Of a stretch of DNA of 64,000 nucleotides, positions 58,477 through 64,000 are shown piece after piece. Every line of letters begins with the position of its first letter. Within the stretch, counting starts at the first letter, position 1. This DNA is from Planctomycetota bacterium (GTDB lineage Bacteria > Planctomycetota > B15-G4), in contig JAJDEO010000041.1 of the NCBI GenBank assembly GCA_029259745.1, positions 19,374-83,373 of the forward strand. Reading direction: 5' to 3'. Both the position numbers and the translations under genes were made by a program. The notes under the pieces are model-generated. The model had not been told where the DNA came from. It did not search any database and saw nothing but the letters and a program-made list of their open reading frames with translations.

Positions 58477-60459
58477 TCACGCGGTGCCAGACTCACGCGA
58501 CGACCGCCCGAGGGTTCGTGTCGCCCAGATCACGGCCGGCAGGGAGACGGCGCCGATGACCACCGACCAGACAAGCGACGAGTGCTCGTCGAGGAGCCAG
58601 AAGCCGACGCCCAGCATCGAGGCATAGACGAGAGCCAGGCTGGAAAGCGTCCCGACGATCACGGCCGGCCCGTCGCGTGGCACCACGACGTCCGGCGCCA
58701 AACGCGCCACGGGGCCCCACCAACCCAAAGGACGAACTCGTCGGTAGAAGTCGACGAGGAGCGTCGGGTCGGGCTTGCGCGCCCAGGTGGCCAGCGCGGC
58801 CACGAGCATCGAGACGGCGACGACCACCACGAGGCGCCCCTCGATGGTGAGATCCCCGCCGGGGGAAAGGGCCCCGAGCTGCCAGTCGATCTCGCGCAGC
58901 GGCGACCACTCCTCGCGCCAGACGGTGATCGCGACGGTCGTGACACTCGAGGCGATCATCGCCGCGATCTCCGTCACTGCCGTCACCCGCCACCAGAGCC
59001 AGCGCATGGCGTACACCGGACCGACGCCGCCGAGGAACGCGAGGAAGAACGTGAAGAGGCCTTTGATCGACGTCGAGTAGTAGGCCATCACGGCGCCGAG
59101 CACGAGCACCACGACACCCGCTAGGCGCGCCACGGTGACGTAGTGACGCGGGGCGCGGTCGGGAGCGATGAACCGACGGTAGACGTCGTTGACGAAGAAG
59201 GAACTCGCGAGGTTCACGTGCGTGTCGATCGTCGACATGAAGGCTGCGATGAGTGACGCGACGACGAGCCCGAGCACGCCCGTCGGAAGCAGGCGCGCCA
59301 TCATCTCGGGGTAGGCGAGTTCGGAGTTCGTCGCGGCGACGACCTGGCCGATCGCGACCGTGTCGCCCACGCCGACGAGCGCGCGCGGCGACCACGTGTC
59401 GGCCGTCGACCAAGCAACCTCGAGCGCCTCGCCGCCCGCCAGCGGGTTGATCGTGACGAGGCCGTCGGCCACCGAGGCGACGAGGCCCGCCATGGGCGCA
59501 GCGACTTCGGCGTGCGGCAGCAGCACGAGCGACGCCAGCGCGACGGCGATCCAAGGCCAGGGTCGCAGCGCGTAGTTCGCGACGTTGAACCACAGAGCCG
59601 CGAGCATGCCGTGGCGTTCGTCCCGACACGCGGCCAGGCGCTGCACGACGACACCGCCGCCGTCGATGCCATCCTTGGCCCACCACGAGACGCCGAGATT
59701 CACGGCGAACGCGACCAACGGTGCCGTCCAGAAAGCCGACGACATCCACGTGCCTTCACCCGGCGGCGGCACGAACGCGAGCACGGTGTCCTTCCACCCG
59801 CCGACCTCCGCCGCTTCGAGGATCCCGCCGGTACCTCCGGCTGCGTCCCAGGCCAGAACCGCGATCCAGATAGCCCCGACCATGGCGATCACGAACTGCA
59901 GCATGTCTGTGAGCACGACGCCCCAGAGCCCCGCGAGCAGCGAGTAGACCATGCCGATCGAGCAGGCGACGACGAGCGCCGTCAGCTTGTCGACGTCCAG
60001 CAGCACGTCGATGATGCCCGCGGCCGCGAGCAGCACCCAGCTCAGCGTGAGCGTGTTCGTGATGCCGGCGTGGAAGACGCCGAGGAACCCGCGCAACATG
60101 CGCGCCGACTTGCCGCCATAGCGGAGCTCGGCAAACTCGGCCGTCGTCATCACTCCGCCGCGGCGCCACAGGCGCGCGAAGAGGAAGACGGTCAGCAGCC
60201 CGCCGACGGCGAAGCACCACCAGAGCCAGTTCCGCCAGATGCCCTCGTCGCGGACGATGCCGGTGACGAAGAGCGGCGTGTCGGCGGCGAAGGTCGTGGC
60301 GACCATCGACGTCCCGGCGACCCACCACGGCAGCGTGCGCCCCGTGAGAAAGAACTCGTCGACCGACTGACTGGCCCGGCGCGCGAAGATCACGCCGACT
60401 GCAAGAGCGAACACCACGTAGGCCGCGACGACGGCACCGTCGATCCAGGTCCAAGTCAT
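58477..60459 (-). CDS. Sodium:solute symporter family protein
   Basis: LPWWVAGTSMVATTFAADTP, ELRYGG, QRL, AAFMSTIDT. Confidence 0.92.
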   Translation of the reverse strand: MTWTWIDGAVVAAYVVFALAVGVIFARRASQSVDEFFLTGRTLPWWVAGTSMVATTFAADTPLFVTGIVRDEGIWRNWLWWCFAVGGLLTVFLFARLWRRGGVMTTAEFAELRYGGKSARMLRGFLGVFHAGITNTLTLSWVLLAAAGIIDVLLDVDKLTALVVACSIGMVYSLLAGLWGVVLTDMLQFVIAMVGAIWIAVLAWDAAGGTGGILEAAEVGGWKDTVLAFVPPPGEGTWMSSAFWTAPLVAFAVNLGVSWWAKDGIDGGGVVVQRLAACRDERHGMLAALWFNVANYALRPWPWIAVALASLVLLPHAEVAAPMAGLVASVADGLVTINPLAGGEALEVAWSTADTWSPRALVGVGDTVAIGQVVAATNSELAYPEMMARLLPTGVLGLVVASLIAAFMSTIDTHVNLASSFFVNDVYRRFIAPDRAPRHYVTVARLAGVVVLVLGAVMAYYSTSIKGLFTFFLAFLGGVGPVYAMRWLWWRVTAVTEIAAMIASSVTTVAITVWREEWSPLREIDWQLGALSPGGDLTIEGRLVVVVAVSMLVAALATWARKPDPTLLVDFYRRVRPLGWWGPVARLAPDVVVPRDGPAVIVGTLSSLALVYASMLGVGFWLLDEHSSLVWSVVIGAVSLPAVIWATRTLGRSSRESGTA

Positions 60460-60566
60460 GGGCGGCGAGGGTATCAGACCATGAACGACGGCAGGCGCCG
60501 AGCCGACGAATCGACCCGACGCCTGCACATGCAGGATCCGCTTCCGGCGTCAGACGCCGCGCGCGA

Positions 60567-60968
60567 TCAGGGGTTGATGCGGACGGCCTTGCCGCGCACC
60601 GTCGACGTCTGGTTCTTCCAGAGGAAGTAGCTCGTCACGTCGTTGTGGTAGCGCGGGGCGATGAGTGCATCGGCGCCGGGCACCGAGGCGATGGCGTTGT
60701 ACACGGCCGCCTGCTCGATCGGGTCGGGAAGACCGATGGCGCCGCCACCCGTCGAGCCGCGACGGTTGACGTCACCGAGCGTAAACAGGCCCAGAATGAC
60801 CGTACCGCTGGCCGTGCCCTCAGCATCCCCGACGACGTCGTAGGACGCTCCCGTCGACATGCCGCCGAGCGGCGTGCCGCCCGGGACAGCCACGTGCGTG
60901 CTCGCGCAACCGACGGCGAGCAGGGCAAGGAGTGAAAGCGACAGGACGTTGCGAAGTGCGTTGTTCAT
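60567..60968 (-). CDS. Small lipoprotein
   Basis: Lipobox AVGC; GADALIAPRY...VRGKA. Confidence 0.75.
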   Translation of the reverse strand: MNNALRNVLSLSLLALLAVGCASTHVAVPGGTPLGGMSTGASYDVVGDAEGTASGTVILGLFTLGDVNRRGSTGGGAIGLPDPIEQAAVYNAIASVPGADALIAPRYHNDVTSYFLWKNQTSTVRGKAVRINP

Positions 60969-61184
60969 GAAATAGATCCCTCTCTTCTGCGGCGATGAGA
61001 TCGCCGATCTGTGTCAGCGAAACGTCGCCGAAAACCATGGAATGAACGGCACGCTCGCAGCGGCCGTTCAGAGTCAACCGCATGTCCCGGGGAAACCCCG
61101 GGACCCGTTGCGCACGACCATACTCAGCCGCGATCCGCGGTGAAGAGGTTTTCGCGCGTGTACCGAAGATCGGGACCCGGCTGA

Positions 61185-61931
61185 TCAGACCCGGAGACGG
61201 TGGTCGTGGAGTTGGTCGTAGTACGGACGGCAGGCGTCGTGGAGCGATGCGAGGTCCGTCGGCAGCGCTTCGGTCTTCGGGCGATAGGCGCCGAAGCCCG
61301 TCGAGTCGTCGACCGACGAGTACCAGTGCCGTGCCCAGATCCCGTCACTGTCACGTGAGCCTGCCGGCCATGAGAGCATGGCGCCGTCGAACGCGACGCC
61401 CACGGCTGCACAGAGCGCGCGCAGCTGCCCCTCGGGATTCTCGAGCACGTCGCGCGAGTCGAGCACCGGCGGCGTCCGCCCCGTGGCGCGCATCTCGTCG
61501 AACAACGCGACCTGCTGGGGAAGGCCCGTGTCCTCGATGCGCGGGTTGGGGATGTTGCGCACCAGCGAAAGCAACATCTCCTTGGGGTCGCGGATCAGGA
61601 ACGCGTGCTCGAGCTGGCCGAGCCAAGAGCGGTCGATTTCGGGCAGCAGATGGTGCGCCATGTGCTTCTGGTACCAGACCGTGCACCCGTTCGGGATCGG
61701 CCCGACGAGCGCCGACGTCACGCTGCGCCAGTCGGAGTCGTGGTGGTCGATCACCTCTTGTGCGCCTGGATGGTCGACGCCCGTCACGCGCAAGTAGTTC
61801 GCGTAGAGAGGCTCGTCCCAGACCGCCGTGTCGGAGCGATTCTCCCAAGCCCGCATGAGAGCCGTGGAGATGTTGCGTGGACCCGACCACATGGCGATGC
61901 GAACGGGTGTCTTGGTCGCTGAGTCAGTCAT
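61185..61931 (-). CDS. Sulfotransferase-like P-loop domain protein (Sulfotransfer_5 type)
   Basis: AMWSGPRNISTALMR, DEPLY, YQKHMAHH, FLIRDP, DGIWARHWY. Confidence 0.88.
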   Translation of the reverse strand: MTDSATKTPVRIAMWSGPRNISTALMRAWENRSDTAVWDEPLYANYLRVTGVDHPGAQEVIDHHDSDWRSVTSALVGPIPNGCTVWYQKHMAHHLLPEIDRSWLGQLEHAFLIRDPKEMLLSLVRNIPNPRIEDTGLPQQVALFDEMRATGRTPPVLDSRDVLENPEGQLRALCAAVGVAFDGAMLSWPAGSRDSDGIWARHWYSSVDDSTGFGAYRPKTEALPTDLASLHDACRPYYDQLHDHRLRV

Positions 61932-62033
61932 GGCGCGAGATCGTACCGCGGTCAGGCGGGATGGGCACGGACGAGGATTCCGTGACAGGACATGCGCCGG
62001 GGCCGCCGCGGGCGGGTCGCCGAACCACCTTGC

Positions 62034-64000
62034 TCACGGCCTCGAGATGATCTGCTCGAAACGCACGTTTCCACGCAAAGAGGCCCATTCGCGCGCTTGA
62101 CGGACGTAGTCCAGTGCCCCGAACCCGAGCGCGAGGCCTTGCGCAAGGCGGTCCACTGCACGCCCCTGGAGTTCAGCTCGTGTGGCATCGTCGCGGGCGA
62201 GTTCGGCGCAGCCGGCGAAGAGTTCTCCGGACGACACGGCGATGAGGGCATCGTCGAGAGCGGACGCAGGAATCGCTTCCGCGAGCGCCAACGCCTCGGA
62301 AAACTCGCCGAGTGCGAGACGGCCGTAGGCCTCCTGAATCTGCGCCCAACGCAGGGCATGAGCCATGTCGTCGAGCTCGGGAACGACCTCAAGCACGGCA
62401 GCGGCGGCACGCGCAGCACGGGACGCGGGCTCACAGGCTTCAGCCCGACGATCGAGCTGGACAAGCGATACGGCGAGATTCGTCAACGCCCGCGCAGAGG
62501 TTTCGAGGACGTCGAGTCGGTTGGGGTGTCGCGCACACCAACGCTCGGCCTCGTCGGCAGCCTGCCGGAAGCGCTCGTGCGCGGCAGACTCGTCGCCGCG
62601 CTGACTGAGGCTCATCGCAAGTTCGCTGAGCAGACCGACGCGGACTTGACTGTAGAAGACGCGCTCCGGGAAAGCCGCAGCGAGGTCATCGATGAGCGCC
62701 AATCCGCGTCGCAAGACATCCTCACTCGCGCTTGCCGACAGAAACTTGGGCGCGAGGCTGCAGGCGGCGGCGGCCTCGAGCGCGGCATCGCTACGGTTCG
62801 GATTCTCAGTCACCAGGGACATGGCGAGCGCGAGCCCGCGCTCAAAGGATTCTGCGGCCACGGGATCCGCGAGCGCGATCGGCGTCCCGACGAGCTTCAA
62901 CTGCTCGCCGAACCCCACGACCCGCGCGCGCCAGACCAACGCCGCGGCGAGTCCGAGTCGGGCATCCCCGTCCGGGTCACCTCCGGCGGTTGTTGCAAAG
63001 TGTCGCTCCGCCACTTCACACGCGGGATCAGCCGCCGCACGCGCATCTTCTCTCCGCCCGCTCCGGACAAACGCACGGGAAGCATTGCGAAGGCTGACAG
63101 CCTCGGCGTCATAGAGCGGCTCTCCGCCGACGCGCGCGCGCGCCACCGCGTCGAGGAAGACGTCCGTCGCCTCGCTCGTCCGCCCCATCGTCATGAGCAG
63201 GTTGCCGTAATCATTGCGCAAACCGATGGCGTCACGTGGATCCAGGCGGCCGACTTCCGAAGCAGCGAGGGCCTCGAGGAAGTGATGCTCGGCGGCTTCA
63301 TGCGTGCCTGTCGTCCCTTCGACCTCGCCCAGCGCACCATGGATGCGTGCCCATTGACCTTCGAGCGACACGTCGCCGGGACGTTGCTCACGCATCGACT
63401 CAAGCGTGGCATGCGCGGCGCGTAGCAACGCGATGCGGTCGTCGTGTTTGCCTGGAGCGTGGGCGAGGAAGTCCTGGCCGAGCCGCCACACGAGCGTGTC
63501 GACGGATGCGAGCAACCTGTCGAGGTTCGACTCGGCACGCACGTGCTCGGCCTCGATGCGGCGGGCCGCGAGCTGCTGCTGGACGGCGAAGACCGTTGGC
63601 CCGACGACGAGCAAGACGAGCAGCGCCGCGCGGGCTGGATGCCGTTGGATCCAACGCAGCGCGCGCGTCCACGCCCGCGCCGGTCGCGCCTCGATCGGGC
63701 GCCGCTCGAGGATGTTCCTGAGATCGCGGGCGAGACCCGCTGCGCTCGCATAGCGATCTTCGCGACGGTGGGCCAACGCTGTCTGTACGACAGTCTCGAC
63801 GTCACGGGGAAGACCGGGGCGCATCGCCCGCACCGTAGCCGTCTTGCCTGCGAGGATCGACGCACTGATCGCCTCGAGGTTCCCGACGTGAGGCGGCCGC
63901 AGCGTCAGCGCCTCGAAGAGCAAGGCCCCTGCACCGTAGACGTCACTGCGCTCATCGAGTTGTTCTCCACGCACCTGCTCGGGCGACATGTAGGCCAGCG
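62034..64000 (-). CDS. Ser/Thr protein kinase with TM segment and TPR region (5' end outside the window)
   Basis: AYMSPEQ, SDVYGAG, LPRDVET...RY, followed by TPR-like helices. Confidence 0.9.
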   Translation of the reverse strand, partial: LAYMSPEQVRGEQLDERSDVYGAGALLFEALTLRPPHVGNLEAISASILAGKTATVRAMRPGLPRDVETVVQTALAHRREDRYASAAGLARDLRNILERRPIEARPARAWTRALRWIQRHPARAALLVLLVVGPTVFAVQQQLAARRIEAEHVRAESNLDRLLASVDTLVWRLGQDFLAHAPGKHDDRIALLRAAHATLESMREQRPGDVSLEGQWARIHGALGEVEGTTGTHEAAEHHFLEALAASEVGRLDPRDAIGLRNDYGNLLMTMGRTSEATDVFLDAVARARVGGEPLYDAEAVSLRNASRAFVRSGRREDARAAADPACEVAERHFATTAGGDPDGDARLGLAAALVWRARVVGFGEQLKLVGTPIALADPVAAESFERGLALAMSLVTENPNRSDAALEAAAACSLAPKFLSASASEDVLRRGLALIDDLAAAFPERVFYSQVRVGLLSELAMSLSQRGDESAAHERFRQAADEAERWCARHPNRLDVLETSARALTNLAVSLVQLDRRAEACEPASRAARAAAAVLEVVPELDDMAHALRWAQIQEAYGRLALGEFSEALALAEAIPASALDDALIAVSSGELFAGCAELARDDATRAELQGRAVDRLAQGLALGFGALDYVRQAREWASLRGNVRFEQIISRP

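Noticed and set aside
61029-61065. GG-N10-GC sigma-54-like motif on the plus strand
   Set aside because: Poor match to the consensus and oriented away from the adjacent minus-strand genes

Overview
A ~70% GC bacterial chromosomal window. Gene content (FG-GAP proteins, DUF1080, Ser/Thr kinase-TPR, ECF sigma factor) suggests an uncultured Planctomycetota lineage; this is inference. It holds about 52 CDS: an ABC/GT-C membrane operon, a GT4/Wzx surface-glycan locus, many secreted hydrolases (M4-like and M12B-like peptidases, EEP nuclease, sialate O-acetylesterase, serine hydrolase), redox genes and a partial Ser/Thr kinase. I saw no rRNA, tRNA, CRISPR array, transposase, integrase or reverse transcriptase. 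Main observations: (1) a tightly coupled six-gene operon (48289-54433) in which three different enzymes (glutamate-synthase-like FMN protein, ThDP enzyme, ferric-reductase-like membrane protein) each carry a fused Rieske domain; (2) three unrelated secreted proteins ending in a similar ~110-125 aa C-terminal domain that may be a sorting or anchoring signal; (3) a decayed ~345 bp direct repeat of a metallophosphoesterase 3' end flanking a 2 kb insert; (4) an RNase HII/HIII hybrid with an extra C-terminal domain; (5) an FhlA-like GAF-HTH protein lacking its AAA+ domain; (6) a sodium:solute symporter with an inserted barrel-sandwich-like loop. All family calls come from motif recognition by eye, with no database searches, and several start codons are my choice.
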